Below, piece by piece: positions 50,693-60,669 of a DNA stretch of 64,000 nucleotides (position 1 is the first letter of the stretch; every line of letters begins with the position of its first letter). The notes beneath the pieces were generated by a model that was not told where the DNA came from, searched no databases, and was given only the letters and a program-made list of their open reading frames with translations. Source of the stretch: Thermoproteota archaeon (GTDB taxonomy: Archaea > Thermoproteota > Thermoprotei > Gearchaeales > Gearchaeaceae); assembly GCA_032249235.1 (NCBI GenBank), contig JAVVGF010000003.1, forward strand, positions 96,001 through 160,000, read 5' to 3'. A program made the translations under genes and the position numbers.

Positions 50693-51224
50693 AGCTTATT
50701 TCCATCGCATCATACCCGAAATCGATCGATGAACTCTTATATTTCCCGCTATTTCTTACATATTCCAAATAATCTTTCATACTATTTTCGAACATTTTAA
50801 CGTTATCTGCAACTACTATTGCACCTTTTTTCAGCTTAGCTTCTGCTAACTTCAAATATGTGAGATATTCTTCTTTTTTTGCATCAATGAATAGCATATC
50901 AATTTCTGCATTCAATTTAGGTATTATTTCTTTTGCATCACCTGCAATCACTTCAATTTTATTCGCTAAACCAGCTTTAGATATATTTGATTTTGCAATT
51001 TCTGCTCTATTAGGATCTATTTCGATCGTGATTAACTTTCCTTTCTTTAGCTTAGATGCCATTATAATAGCTGAATATCCAACCAAAGTACCTATCTCAA
51101 GAATAACGCTTGGCTTATATCTTGAAACTAATTCAGCCAACACTTTACCTTTAGCTTTGCCAATTATAGGTAAGTCTTTTTGCTCAGCTTCTTTTTCTAT
51201 TTCTCTTAATACTTCTAAATTCAT
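50679..51224 (-). CDS. O-methyltransferase (COG4122-type)
   Basis: LEIGTLVGYS, FIDAKK, VADN. Confidence 0.88.
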   Translation of the reverse strand: MNLEVLREIEKEAEQKDLPIIGKAKGKVLAELVSRYKPSVILEIGTLVGYSAIIMASKLKKGKLITIEIDPNRAEIAKSNISKAGLANKIEVIAGDAKEIIPKLNAEIDMLFIDAKKEEYLTYLKLAEAKLKKGAIVVADNVKMFENSMKDYLEYVRNSGKYKSSSIDFGYDAMEISFKLE

Positions 51225-51279
51225 ATCTTTTTAAATAAATGTCAACTTATAAATTTTTAATCTATCAATATTTTGAAGT

Positions 51280-51774
51280 TTATTTATCCTTAATTTTCTT
51301 TAAATTATTTATTTCGAAATTGAGAAGCCATTCCTTTATTTTGATGCCATAAGAATATCCTCCAAGAGAATTTTTTCCTACAACCCTATGACAAGGTATG
51401 AATATTGGAACAGGATTTCTCGCCATAGCCATACCAACGACTCTAGGATGTGTATTAGTCTTCAAAGCCAATTCTGAATAAGTAATAGTTTTGCCATATT
51501 CTACTTTCAGAAGTTCTTCTAAGATTTTGTTAAATACATAACTATTTGTAAGGATAAAACTTTCTATAGGCAAAGGTTTTTGTAATTCTCCTTGAAAATA
51601 ATTTATGAGCCAAGTAGAAAATTTTTCTCTTTCTCCTTTTAATATATCAGCTTTTCCTTTTTCTTCATGATCTATCAAATCTACTGAATAAAGTCTTTCA
51701 TCCTTAATTTTTAATTCAAAAATGCCTAAAGGAGATATTACTTTTGTTATTCTATTATTTGCCACATTTTTCAT
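51280..51774 (-). CDS. ogt: Methylated-DNA-protein-cysteine methyltransferase
   Basis: TYSELA, RVVG, IPCHRVV. Confidence 0.93.
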   Translation of the reverse strand: MKNVANNRITKVISPLGIFELKIKDERLYSVDLIDHEEKGKADILKGEREKFSTWLINYFQGELQKPLPIESFILTNSYVFNKILEELLKVEYGKTITYSELALKTNTHPRVVGMAMARNPVPIFIPCHRVVGKNSLGGYSYGIKIKEWLLNFEINNLKKIKDK

Positions 51775-51802
51775 ATTCTTTATTGAAATTTAAAAACTAG
51801 AA

Positions 51803-51888
51803 AGAAAAGATTTATAAATCCTTATGCAATAGTAAAGGAAGAGGGTGCTATGGCCCGCCAATGGAATTTGGCCGTAAGGCCAGAATAA
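51803..51888 (+). promoter_or_regulatory. trpB2 promoter and structured leader with overlapping u[15 protein letters not shown]
   Basis: BRE-like purine run plus TTTATAAA (51811-51818); GC-rich leader from 51841; uORF at 51850-51888; competing stems. Confidence 0.5.
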
Positions 51889-53213
51889 GAGCAAGCCAAA
51901 GTGAAGATATTGTACCCAAGTTCTGGTATAATATCGTTCCAGACCTTCCAAAACAATTGCCTCCTCCTAGGTTAATAGATGGTTCGATACCACCAAAAGA
52001 AATGTTCGAAAGGCTATTTCCAAAAGAGCTAGTTAATCAAGAAATGAGTAAAGAACGTTACATACCGATTCCTGAAGAAGTAAGAGAAAAACTAATAGAG
52101 CTTGGAAGACCGACTCCATTAATAAGAGCAAAAAGACTTGAGGAATTCCTCAATACTCCTGCAAGGATTTACTTCAAATACGAAGGTGTTTTACCTACAG
52201 GAAGCCATAAAGTGAATACAGCAATTGCCCAAGCTTATTATAATTCCAAGCAAGGTATTGAAAGATTATCAACTGAAACAGGTGCAGGTCAATGGGGTTC
52301 TGCTTTATCTTTAGCTGCAAGCATGTTTTCTTTAAAAGCAAGAATATTCATGGTAAAGTCAAGTTATTACCAGAAACCTTATCGGAGAATTCTAATGGAA
52401 ACTTATGGAGCAGAAGTAGTACCTAGTCCTTCAAAAATAACAAAGTTTGGAAGATCAATAATTGAAAAAGATCCTGAAAATCCTGGAAGTTTGGGAATAG
52501 CCATTTCTGAAGCAATTGAGGATGTACTTAGTGACGAAAGAGCTCGCTACAGCTTAGGAAGCGTTCTAAATCATGTTTTGTTACACCAAACTATAATAGG
52601 TCTTGAAGCAAAACAACAATTAAACGAGCTAGGAGAAGAATATCCCGGTTACATAATCGGTTGCGTAGGAGGCGGATCTAACTACGCAGGTTTGGCATAT
52701 CCTTTTGTTTATGAGAAATTGAAAAACAACGTTGATATTCAATTCATTGCTGTCGAACCTAAAGCATGTCCATCGTTGACCAAAGGAATATATACTTACG
52801 ACTTCGGTGATACAGCTGGAATCACACCGCTCTTAATGATGTATACTGTAGGACATAAATACAGAGTGCCACCAATCCATGCAGGTGGTTTAAGATATCA
52901 TGGAGATGCTCCTACACTTTGTTTATTAGTAAATGAAAAAATCGTTAGCGCAGTTGCATATCACCAAACTGAAGTATTCGAAGCAGGAAGATTGTTCGCA
53001 AATCTTGAAGGCATAGTACCAGCTCCTGAAAGTGCACATGCCGTTAAAGCTGCTATCGATATCGCTAAAAATGTAAAGGATGAAAAAGTTATACTATTTA
53101 ACTTAAGTGGACATGGTTTACTTGATCTTCTAGGATATAGCGAGTATCTTGAAGGAAAATTAAAAGATTACGAACCAGAATTTATAGATCTTTCTTATTT
53201 ACCTAAAATATAA
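51861..53213 (+). CDS. trpB2: Tryptophan synthase beta chain, type 2 (standalone)
   Basis: [44 protein letters not shown]. Confidence 0.95.
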   Translation: MEFGRKARIRASQSEDIVPKFWYNIVPDLPKQLPPPRLIDGSIPPKEMFERLFPKELVNQEMSKERYIPIPEEVREKLIELGRPTPLIRAKRLEEFLNTPARIYFKYEGVLPTGSHKVNTAIAQAYYNSKQGIERLSTETGAGQWGSALSLAASMFSLKARIFMVKSSYYQKPYRRILMETYGAEVVPSPSKITKFGRSIIEKDPENPGSLGIAISEAIEDVLSDERARYSLGSVLNHVLLHQTIIGLEAKQQLNELGEEYPGYIIGCVGGGSNYAGLAYPFVYEKLKNNVDIQFIAVEPKACPSLTKGIYTYDFGDTAGITPLLMMYTVGHKYRVPPIHAGGLRYHGDAPTLCLLVNEKIVSAVAYHQTEVFEAGRLFANLEGIVPAPESAHAVKAAIDIAKNVKDEKVILFNLSGHGLLDLLGYSEYLEGKLKDYEPEFIDLSYLPKI

Positions 53214-53223
53214 TTTTTTAAAT

Positions 53224-54081
53224 TTATTTTTTTGAAAATACCAAAAAAGCAGACAATATTATAAATGCTGAACCTATAAGTTGTAATATATTAAAACTTT
53301 CATAGAAGATATAGAAAGCTAATAAGGTTGAAGTCAATGGCTCTAAAAGGCTTATTATTGACGATCTTGTAGGACCAATTAATCTTAGACCCATAAAAAA
53401 TGTGGATATTGCTAAAGCAGTACTTATCATAGCCATTGCTATGCAAAACAATAAAGCAAAATAATTGAACCGAATAACTTCATTTTGAACCAATGAAGCT
53501 ATGAAAAAGCTCATAGAAGCTGAGCTCATAACGAAGAGAGAAGCTAGTTCACCTTTAATATTCTTTAATATCTTTGAGCTGGTAACTATATAGATGGAAT
53601 AGACTATCGCTGCACTGAACGCTAACGTTATCCCATAAACATTTAAGTTATAGCTCGGATTAGCTATTAAGAAAACACCGATGAAACCTAAAAATAAAGC
53701 AATTATAATCCTTGAAGTTATTTTATCGATATTTAATAAAGAAGCCATTAAAGAAACAATCGGAGGATAAGAATAAAGCAACAGAACTGCTACTGAGATT
53801 GGAATGTAATTTATAGAACTTAAGTAGAGAAGCGATTGGGAAAAATATCCTATACTACCTAAAAGAATCAGGCTTATTAAAATATTAAACTTAGGTATAT
53901 AAAACTCTTTTCTTATATACAAATATAAGAAGATTATAACTGATGCAATTGAAAATCTAAAAAACAACATGTTATATACACTAAAACCATATAAATATAC
54001 AAATTTAGCAAAAATCGGTAAAAATCCAAAAGATATTGCAGAAATCGAAACTAAAAGGGATCCTTTCAAGCTCTTATTCAT
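53224..54081 (-). CDS. EamA/DMT family transporter
   Basis: About 10 TM in two repeats, FFRF, LEP. Start placed at ATG 54081. Confidence 0.88.
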   Translation of the reverse strand: MNKSLKGSLLVSISAISFGFLPIFAKFVYLYGFSVYNMLFFRFSIASVIIFLYLYIRKEFYIPKFNILISLILLGSIGYFSQSLLYLSSINYIPISVAVLLLYSYPPIVSLMASLLNIDKITSRIIIALFLGFIGVFLIANPSYNLNVYGITLAFSAAIVYSIYIVTSSKILKNIKGELASLFVMSSASMSFFIASLVQNEVIRFNYFALLFCIAMAMISTALAISTFFMGLRLIGPTRSSIISLLEPLTSTLLAFYIFYESFNILQLIGSAFIILSAFLVFSKK

Positions 54082-54145
54082 CTTAATATAAGATAAAAAA
54101 GAGGTTAAAAACAAAATCTTTTATTTAAGATGAGAACTTATTAAA

Positions 54146-54457
54146 ATGATGTCTGAAGAACCTAAAAAAGAAGAAGTATTGGAGGCGCTTAAGAATTGCT
54201 ACGATCCAGAGATACCTTTTAATATAGTTGATCTAGGCTTGATATATGATTTGAAAATAGAGAACGGAATAGTTAAAATCAAAATGACTTTAACTACGCC
54301 TTTTTGTCCTGTAGGTCCTTTGGTAATTGAACAAGTTAGGCAAGAAGTTATGAAAGTTAAAGGAGTAAAGGATGTCGAGGTTGAATTGGTTTGGGAACCA
54401 AGATGGACTCCAGATAGGATGAGCGAAGAAGCAAAATTAGCATTAGGGCTAATGTAA
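54146..54457 (+). CDS. DUF59/SufT Fe-S cluster assembly protein
   Basis: DPEIPFNIVDLGL, TLTTPFCP, VWEPRWT. Confidence 0.92.
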   Translation: MMSEEPKKEEVLEALKNCYDPEIPFNIVDLGLIYDLKIENGIVKIKMTLTTPFCPVGPLVIEQVRQEVMKVKGVKDVEVELVWEPRWTPDRMSEEAKLALGLM

Positions 54458-54487
54458 CTTTATTACATACTAAATGTTTAAGTTTTC

Positions 54488-56062
54488 GTGAAAAATAAAG
54501 AAGACTACGAAACTAATTTAGAAATAATATCAAGTAAAGAAAAAATTGAGAATTATTTAACTGATGAATCTAGAATAATAAAAGGATATGCAGAAGAACT
54601 TATACTGGTCAAATCAGAACAAGATGTAATCAATGCTATAAAATACGCAATTTCTCAAAGAAAAAGAATAACAGTTTCAGGTGCGGGAACAGGTATAACT
54701 GGTTCACGGGTGCCTTTAGGCGGTATTATTTTGTCGATGGAGGATTTTACAGAAGTTTATAAAAAGCCAAATTACAATGAAGAATTCATTACTATTGAAG
54801 AATACGGTAAGAAATATTCAATAATCATCGGTAAAGATGAAAAAGACGAATGCTATGCGATTGCTTCACCTGGAATTCCTTTAAAGATTTTTAAAAAGCT
54901 AGTTGAGAGTAAAAATCTTTTCTATCCTCCTGATCCTACTGAAACTTCTTCATTTCTTGGAGGAAATGTAGCTACTAATGCATCAGGATCAAGAACTTTC
55001 AAATATGGCTCTACAAGAGATTATGTAAGAAGACTAAGAATAGTGTTGCCGACAGGAAACGTTTTAGATATAAGAAGAGGAGAACGTTTCTTTAATAGGA
55101 AAAGATTTGAGCTCAAAGTTGAAGATCGTGAAATTATATTAGAACTTCCTGATTATAAAATGCCAAACGTCGAGAAGAATGCTGCAGGATACTATATTAA
55201 AGAAAATATGGATCTTATAGATTTGTTTATAGGCTCTGAAGGAACGCTAGGTGTAATAACTGAAATAGAAGTTAAGTTAATTAAAAAACCGAACTTTATC
55301 AATGCGATTTTCGTTTATTTCGATGAAGAAATAAAGGCTGTGGAGTTCGCTAAGCTTATCAGAGCTAAAGCTAAAAGGGAAGAATTACCAATAAGTGCAA
55401 TTGAATTCTTTGATGAAAATTCCGTTAATTTCATAAGGGACAAATATTCAGAGAAAATTCCTTCTAACGCGAAAGCTATAATAGATTTAGAAATAGAATC
55501 AGAAAGTATTGATGAAAGAGATAGATATTTTGAAAAATTATTGAAGCATGTTGATGAATTCAAAGCAGAAGCTTACTTATTGGAAATAAATGAAGCGAAA
55601 GAAATTAGGCATGCACTACCTCAATCTGTAAACAATTTCATAAAGATTCATGGTACAAGGAAAGTAGCTACTGATATTGCTGTTCCTGAGGAAAACTTCT
55701 TTGAAATGTATAAATACTATCATGAAATTGGCAAGGCCTCTCAAATCAAATATGTTTTATTTGGTCACATTGGAAACTTTCATCTGCATTTCAATTTTTT
55801 ACCCAGCAACAAAGATGAATTAGAAAAAGCTGAACGATATGTAGTTTTATTATGGAAGAAAGGAGTTGAACTAGGAGGAACGATAAGTGCTGAGCATGGA
55901 GTGGGAAAAAAATATTATGTTGAAAATGGCATTAAGAAACCTTTAATAAGCTTAATGTATAATGAAGAAACAATGCTAAAACTTATAGAATTGAAAAAAA
56001 CAATAGACCCATATTTGATTCTTAATATTGGAAACATAATACCAGAGGAATATTTTAGATAA
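54488..56062 (+). CDS. FAD-linked oxidoreductase (GlcD/D-lactate/D-2-hydroxyglutarate dehydrogenase family)
   Basis: GAGTG, PPDP, GGNVATNASG, GSEGTLG, GHIGNFHLH, AEHGVG. Confidence 0.88.
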   Translation: MKNKEDYETNLEIISSKEKIENYLTDESRIIKGYAEELILVKSEQDVINAIKYAISQRKRITVSGAGTGITGSRVPLGGIILSMEDFTEVYKKPNYNEEFITIEEYGKKYSIIIGKDEKDECYAIASPGIPLKIFKKLVESKNLFYPPDPTETSSFLGGNVATNASGSRTFKYGSTRDYVRRLRIVLPTGNVLDIRRGERFFNRKRFELKVEDREIILELPDYKMPNVEKNAAGYYIKENMDLIDLFIGSEGTLGVITEIEVKLIKKPNFINAIFVYFDEEIKAVEFAKLIRAKAKREELPISAIEFFDENSVNFIRDKYSEKIPSNAKAIIDLEIESESIDERDRYFEKLLKHVDEFKAEAYLLEINEAKEIRHALPQSVNNFIKIHGTRKVATDIAVPEENFFEMYKYYHEIGKASQIKYVLFGHIGNFHLHFNFLPSNKDELEKAERYVVLLWKKGVELGGTISAEHGVGKKYYVENGIKKPLISLMYNEETMLKLIELKKTIDPYLILNIGNIIPEEYFR

Positions 56063-56066
56063 AAAA

Positions 56067-56651
56067 TTATTTTGTTTTAGGAGTAGGTAATATTCCTCCT
56101 AAAAAGAAGACCACTAATATGTTTACAAATCCAGAGATTGTGATGAAAATTCCTTGTGGTATAGCGCCTATAAGACCGTGTGTAAAAGCGTAAAATCCAA
56201 ATTCAACAAGTAAATAAAATACCATATTGATTTGAAGGATTAGATACGGATAAGCAGTATAGCCTCCTAATGCATTAGCCCATGGTTTCATAAAGAAAAT
56301 TAAAAATCCTATCAAATTAAAAATGAATAAAATTAATGCAGCTCCTCCAACAATACGAAAATCAAGGTTGAATATCACAGCAATTGAAAATCCTAGCCAC
56401 ACAAATGAGAATAAAGCAGTAAGTAAAGCAAAAAGCTGTTGAATATTTACTGCGATTCCTTGATTTCCTAAAGGTGATTGGAAAATAAAGGAAAGCGAAT
56501 TAAGGAATAAGGCTAAGAAAGCTATGAACGCATATATACTTAAAGTAAGCAATACTTTTTCTCCTGTCTCTATTCCTAAAAGCCAAAATCCTGTTAGTAT
56601 TGCAGCAACAGAATATGCTCCAAAACCTAAAGTAACGGCACTTAGACCCAT
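56067..56651 (-). CDS. 6-TM membrane protein, AmiS/UreI-like channel candidate
   Basis: All-hydrophobic 194 aa; the N-terminal GFWLLG helix resembles AmiS/UreI. Co-oriented 32 nt downstream of the HOT gene. Confidence 0.55.
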   Translation of the reverse strand: MGLSAVTLGFGAYSVAAILTGFWLLGIETGEKVLLTLSIYAFIAFLALFLNSLSFIFQSPLGNQGIAVNIQQLFALLTALFSFVWLGFSIAVIFNLDFRIVGGAALILFIFNLIGFLIFFMKPWANALGGYTAYPYLILQINMVFYLLVEFGFYAFTHGLIGAIPQGIFITISGFVNILVVFFLGGILPTPKTK

Positions 56652-56683
56652 TATATAAAAATAAAAAATAAATTTATTTAAAT

Positions 56684-57985
56684 TTAACCTAAAGCTTCTA
56701 AAAATATTTTTTCCAAATCTTTTTTTGTTACGTTTTTAGGAGATTGAGCTAATAATCTTTGTTGTTTTAATGTTCCCTCTACTAAAGCATCTAAATCTGC
56801 CTTAGTAAATCCTATATCTTTAAGATTAGTCGGAACATTTAAATCTTCTAAAAGTTTTATATAATATTCGAATAAAGATTCCCCTATTTCTTTTATACTT
56901 TCCACATCTTTACCTGTCAATATTCTTACAACTTCTTTGAATTTTCCAAAATTATATGATGCTACATATCTAAATGCATATGCTGCAGGGATAGCAGTTG
57001 AAATTCCATGAGGTGCTATAGGATAACCGAATTCATAATCTTGAGGATAGTAATTCCTTACCATACCTGCTATAGGATAGGCCATTGAATGTGGTATATG
57101 CACGCCGACATGGCCAAATCCTATACCAGCGATGCTTGCACCTAACATCATATAGTATCTTGCTTCTAAATCATAAGGATCCCCAAAAGCCCTTCTAAGA
57201 TATTTATGAACCCATTCAATTGCTTGTTTAGCGAGCATATCACCTAAAGGTGTAGCCCCTGCATAAACAGGCCTTTCAGCAGGATTTTTTATTGCTGGCT
57301 TAGCAGTATAAGGTCTCGAAGTAAAAGATTCAATAGCATGATTTAATACATCCAAGCCAGAAGAAGCTGTAACCATAGGAGGCAGGCTAACAGTGGTGAA
57401 AGGATCAATTAGCGCTACAGTAGGTCTCATATAAGGATTACTAATGCCTGTTTTAACTCTCAAATGCTTAACATCTACGACTGCAACAGCTGTTCCCTCA
57501 CTTCCAGTCCCGGCTGTGGTGGGTATAGCGATCAACGGCTTTAATGGTCCAGGCGGCAACATCCCTTTTCCAACAGGCTTATTGATGTAATCTTCTATCG
57601 GTCTTGGATATGTATGAAGAAGATTTAAAACTTTAGCAGTATCAATTGTAGAACCTCCTCCCAATGCAACGAAACCGTCTATATCTTTATCTTTAATCTC
57701 TTTATAAGCCTCAATTAATTCTTCATCCTCAGGCTCTATTCTAACTCTTGTAGTTGTTTCAACATGAATTCCTTCATTTTCTAACGAATATTTTATTTCT
57801 TCATATAGTTTGCTTTCAACAAGCTTTTTGCCTACTACTATTAAAACTCTCTTAAGACCAAGTCTTTTTGCTTCAAATCCAACTTCTTTACTAACTCCGA
57901 ATCCAAATTTAATAGTTTGTGGTAAAGATAGAACGAAAACAGGGTCGTTCGCTAAAGAGTAGGTTATATATGGATTTGTTGACAT
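56684..57985 (-). CDS. Hydroxyacid-oxoacid transhydrogenase (HOT/ADHFE1-like iron-containing ADH)
   Basis: GGGSTID, YINKPVGKG, PTTAGTGSE, KTGIS, DVLNHAIES, RPVYAG, GVHIPH, PHG. Confidence 0.88.
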   Translation of the reverse strand: MSTNPYITYSLANDPVFVLSLPQTIKFGFGVSKEVGFEAKRLGLKRVLIVVGKKLVESKLYEEIKYSLENEGIHVETTTRVRIEPEDEELIEAYKEIKDKDIDGFVALGGGSTIDTAKVLNLLHTYPRPIEDYINKPVGKGMLPPGPLKPLIAIPTTAGTGSEGTAVAVVDVKHLRVKTGISNPYMRPTVALIDPFTTVSLPPMVTASSGLDVLNHAIESFTSRPYTAKPAIKNPAERPVYAGATPLGDMLAKQAIEWVHKYLRRAFGDPYDLEARYYMMLGASIAGIGFGHVGVHIPHSMAYPIAGMVRNYYPQDYEFGYPIAPHGISTAIPAAYAFRYVASYNFGKFKEVVRILTGKDVESIKEIGESLFEYYIKLLEDLNVPTNLKDIGFTKADLDALVEGTLKQQRLLAQSPKNVTKKDLEKIFLEALG

Positions 57986-58027
57986 CGATTCAATAATGTT
58001 TATATACTTATAAAGGTTTCTTATGTC

Positions 58028-58840
58028 ATGAGCGTTGTAAAAAAGATATTCTTGTTTGATTTTGGATGGCTTGCAGGCGATGGCGGATGGTTTCTACCAG
58101 GCTGGGGAGCAGTAACTTATAGCCAAAAAACACCCGAGCGAGCTTGGGTAGAAATTCCAGTAACGGGAGTACTATTGGATACCGATATAGGTTATATTGT
58201 ATTCGATACAGGTGTAGCACCTAACGCATGGCAAACGCATACAAAAGCTGTAATGGAAGCATTTCCTTTAATAAAATTCAATGATAACAATAGAATTGAA
58301 AGACAGCTAGCTAATTTGAATTTAAAACCAAGCGATGTCGCATATATTATACATTCACATCTACATTTTGATCATGTAGGTCAAACAAACGTATTCAAAG
58401 ACCATAAAACCCCAATAATTGTGCATAAGAAAGAATTGCAATCTGCATTAATGCTATTATGGATGGGAAAAGAAGGTGCATATCAATCAGCTAACTTAAA
58501 TGAATTAAAAGGAGCTAACTGGTTTATTGTTGATCTTCCTGCATTTGAATTAGCTGAAGGAATTAGATTGTATTTCTCAGGAGGACATACAAGCGGTCAT
58601 ATGGTTCTTAGTGTTAAAACAAAGAATGGAAACACTTACTTCTTTACAGGAGATCATATACATCTACCAAGAGAATTGGAAATCGAATCAAAAGGATGGC
58701 TCCTTGCTGATTATGATGAATGGCTAACCTTTGTAAAACAGCTTAAGCTTTGGGAAAGAGCCAATAATGCAAAGATAATTATTTGCCACGATCCAGATTT
58801 CTGGAAGAAATATCCTTCTATTCCTAAATATTTAGAATAA
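58028..58840 (+). CDS. Metallo-beta-lactamase-fold lactonase (AiiA/AttM-BlcC family)
   Basis: FDTG, SHLHFDHVG (HXHXDH), GHTSGH, TGD, HD. Confidence 0.88.
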   Translation: MSVVKKIFLFDFGWLAGDGGWFLPGWGAVTYSQKTPERAWVEIPVTGVLLDTDIGYIVFDTGVAPNAWQTHTKAVMEAFPLIKFNDNNRIERQLANLNLKPSDVAYIIHSHLHFDHVGQTNVFKDHKTPIIVHKKELQSALMLLWMGKEGAYQSANLNELKGANWFIVDLPAFELAEGIRLYFSGGHTSGHMVLSVKTKNGNTYFFTGDHIHLPRELEIESKGWLLADYDEWLTFVKQLKLWERANNAKIIICHDPDFWKKYPSIPKYLE

Positions 58841-58842
58841 AT

Positions 58843-59154
58843 TTATTTTTTTCTATATATAAAGAAAATTAAAATAGATATCACTATAAGATATATTCCA
58901 ATTATTAAAAATAAATTTATGAAAAAATATGACAATATATAAATTCCAATAAAAAATAATGTAATGCCCCATATCAAATAATAAAGTAGATCCTTTGTAG
59001 TGCTACCTATTAAAATAATTGTTACTGAAATAATCATTAAGAAATAACCTAAGAATTCAATAATATTGAAAGTTCTCAGACCAAGACCGTATATTATCAT
59101 CAGAAAGCCGAGTGCCAAAAAGAAAAAAAGGTAAGTATATCTTTGATCAATCAT
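58843..59154 (-). CDS. Small 4-TM hypothetical membrane protein
   Basis: Hydrophobic ORF; ATG 59154 overlaps the SPFH gene stop (ATGA). Confidence 0.7.
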   Translation of the reverse strand: MIDQRYTYLFFFLALGFLMIIYGLGLRTFNIIEFLGYFLMIISVTIILIGSTTKDLLYYLIWGITLFFIGIYILSYFFINLFLIIGIYLIVISILIFFIYRKK

Positions 59155-60170
59155 TGTAATTTCTCTCCGCAATTTGAACAGAATTTTTGTCCTTGTGTAT
59201 AACTAGCTCCACATTTAGGACATTTCAATTCTTGAGCAATTCTAACACCGCATTCGGGACAGAATTTAGCTCCTGCAGGAACAATATGCCCATTAGGACA
59301 TTTCGTCATTTGTTGTTGCAAAGGCTTTCCGCAATTTGAACAGAATTTAGCTCCTTGTTGGTTGCTAGCACCACAATATGGACATGCTATTAGAACTTGT
59401 GTTTGTGGTTGTTGGAATAATGGAGGAATTATTGCAACACCTGTTGCAACTCCTGCACCTGGACTTTTGCTCAATTCTTCAGCTGCTTTCTGAACAGTTT
59501 GCATTCTTAAAACTTCTGAAGCGCTCACTCCTGATTGAAGAAAGAAAATTCTATCCCTCCATTCGGGAGTCGTATCAATACCTTCAAATTTTACATCTAT
59601 TAATTCTAAGCCTATTCTCTTGAAAGCAGCTAAGAGCATATTTTTTGCTAAAAAACTAGTCTCATCAAGCTTGTTATAAACATCTCTTAAGCTATATTTG
59701 CTTATTCCTTCGATGAAATTTTGATTGAAATAACCTCTTAAAAATTCTTGAAGTTTAACTGTATCATATACCGCTTGACCTCCTACAACTTCATTTACGA
59801 AAAGATTTGGATCTTCAATTCTAAACCAGAAGCTTCCATGGAACATTAGAGGAGCTAATTCAATTGTTTGAGCTTGGCCTCCAAATTTTCCTTGGAATTG
59901 CTTTAAAGATACGAATATCACTGTAGCTGTGAAAGGAACTTTTTCATAACCTGCAATTCTCGCTAATACTTTTGTAAGTAAAGGTAAATTCGCAGTCGTA
60001 ATTGTATGCCTTCCAGCCCTGAATATATCATAAACCTTCCCATCCCTATAAAAAACAGCGGCTTCAAATTCCTTGACGATTAGCTGACTACCCCATTCAA
60101 TTGTATTAACAGGATATCTATAAACAATTTCTTTTTCGTCAGGATTAACCCATTCAATTACTTTAGGCAT
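59151..60170 (-). CDS. SPFH/Band-7 (YdjI-like) protein with three C-terminal zinc ribbons
   Basis: GSQLIVKEFEAAVFYRDGK, GRHTITTANLP; CPYC/CSNC, CPNGH/CPEC, CPKC/CSNC. Confidence 0.88.
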   Translation of the reverse strand: MPKVIEWVNPDEKEIVYRYPVNTIEWGSQLIVKEFEAAVFYRDGKVYDIFRAGRHTITTANLPLLTKVLARIAGYEKVPFTATVIFVSLKQFQGKFGGQAQTIELAPLMFHGSFWFRIEDPNLFVNEVVGGQAVYDTVKLQEFLRGYFNQNFIEGISKYSLRDVYNKLDETSFLAKNMLLAAFKRIGLELIDVKFEGIDTTPEWRDRIFFLQSGVSASEVLRMQTVQKAAEELSKSPGAGVATGVAIIPPLFQQPQTQVLIACPYCGASNQQGAKFCSNCGKPLQQQMTKCPNGHIVPAGAKFCPECGVRIAQELKCPKCGASYTQGQKFCSNCGEKLQ

Positions 60171-60669
60171 TTTTCTCACCTATACCATGAATAAACTTAT
60201 TCCTCTCATCAATCTTCTCTTCCAAATCCTCTAATAAAGATATGATTTTTCTCATTTCTCCTTTTATCGAATTTGCATCCAAGATCTTATTGTTTAGCTC
60301 TTTAGTTTCATTCTTTATCTTTTCTGCTGAATCTATTAAAGATAAATCATACTTAGTTATTTGATCCAACTCTTCTTCTCTTATTTTAATGATATCAAAA
60401 AATCCAGAATAGCCTGCTTCAGCTTTATCTATCTTTTGCCATATTTTATCGAACATAAAACGAATATTATCATATAACATGCGTAAATCTTTATCCTTGC
60501 TTATTGTTTCTAGGTTGCTAATAGAAAAGCTTTCGAAATTTTCTTTGCCCTCTCTTATTAAAGCAGAAACTTTCATCCTTATTAAACGATCACTTTCTCT
60601 TCTCAGTTCCTTTTGTTTATATCCTCGATATCCTGGAACATAAGATACAATTCTTTCAACTAAACTCAT
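60163..60669 (-). CDS. Conserved helical hypothetical protein
   Basis: PGYRGYKQKELRRESDRLIR and AEAGYSGFFD motifs, coiled-coil character; translationally coupled on both sides. Confidence 0.75.
   Translation of the reverse strand: MSLVERIVSYVPGYRGYKQKELRRESDRLIRMKVSALIREGKENFESFSISNLETISKDKDLRMLYDNIRFMFDKIWQKIDKAEAGYSGFFDIIKIREEELDQITKYDLSLIDSAEKIKNETKELNNKILDANSIKGEMRKIISLLEDLEEKIDERNKFIHGIGEKNA

Noticed and set aside
51841-51890. Fluoride (crcB) riboswitch-like start GGGTG....GGCCCGCC
   Set aside because: Lacks the conserved GAUG and the 3' CUGAUG/CUAC elements, and the downstream gene is not fluoride-related. Kept only as a generic structured leader.
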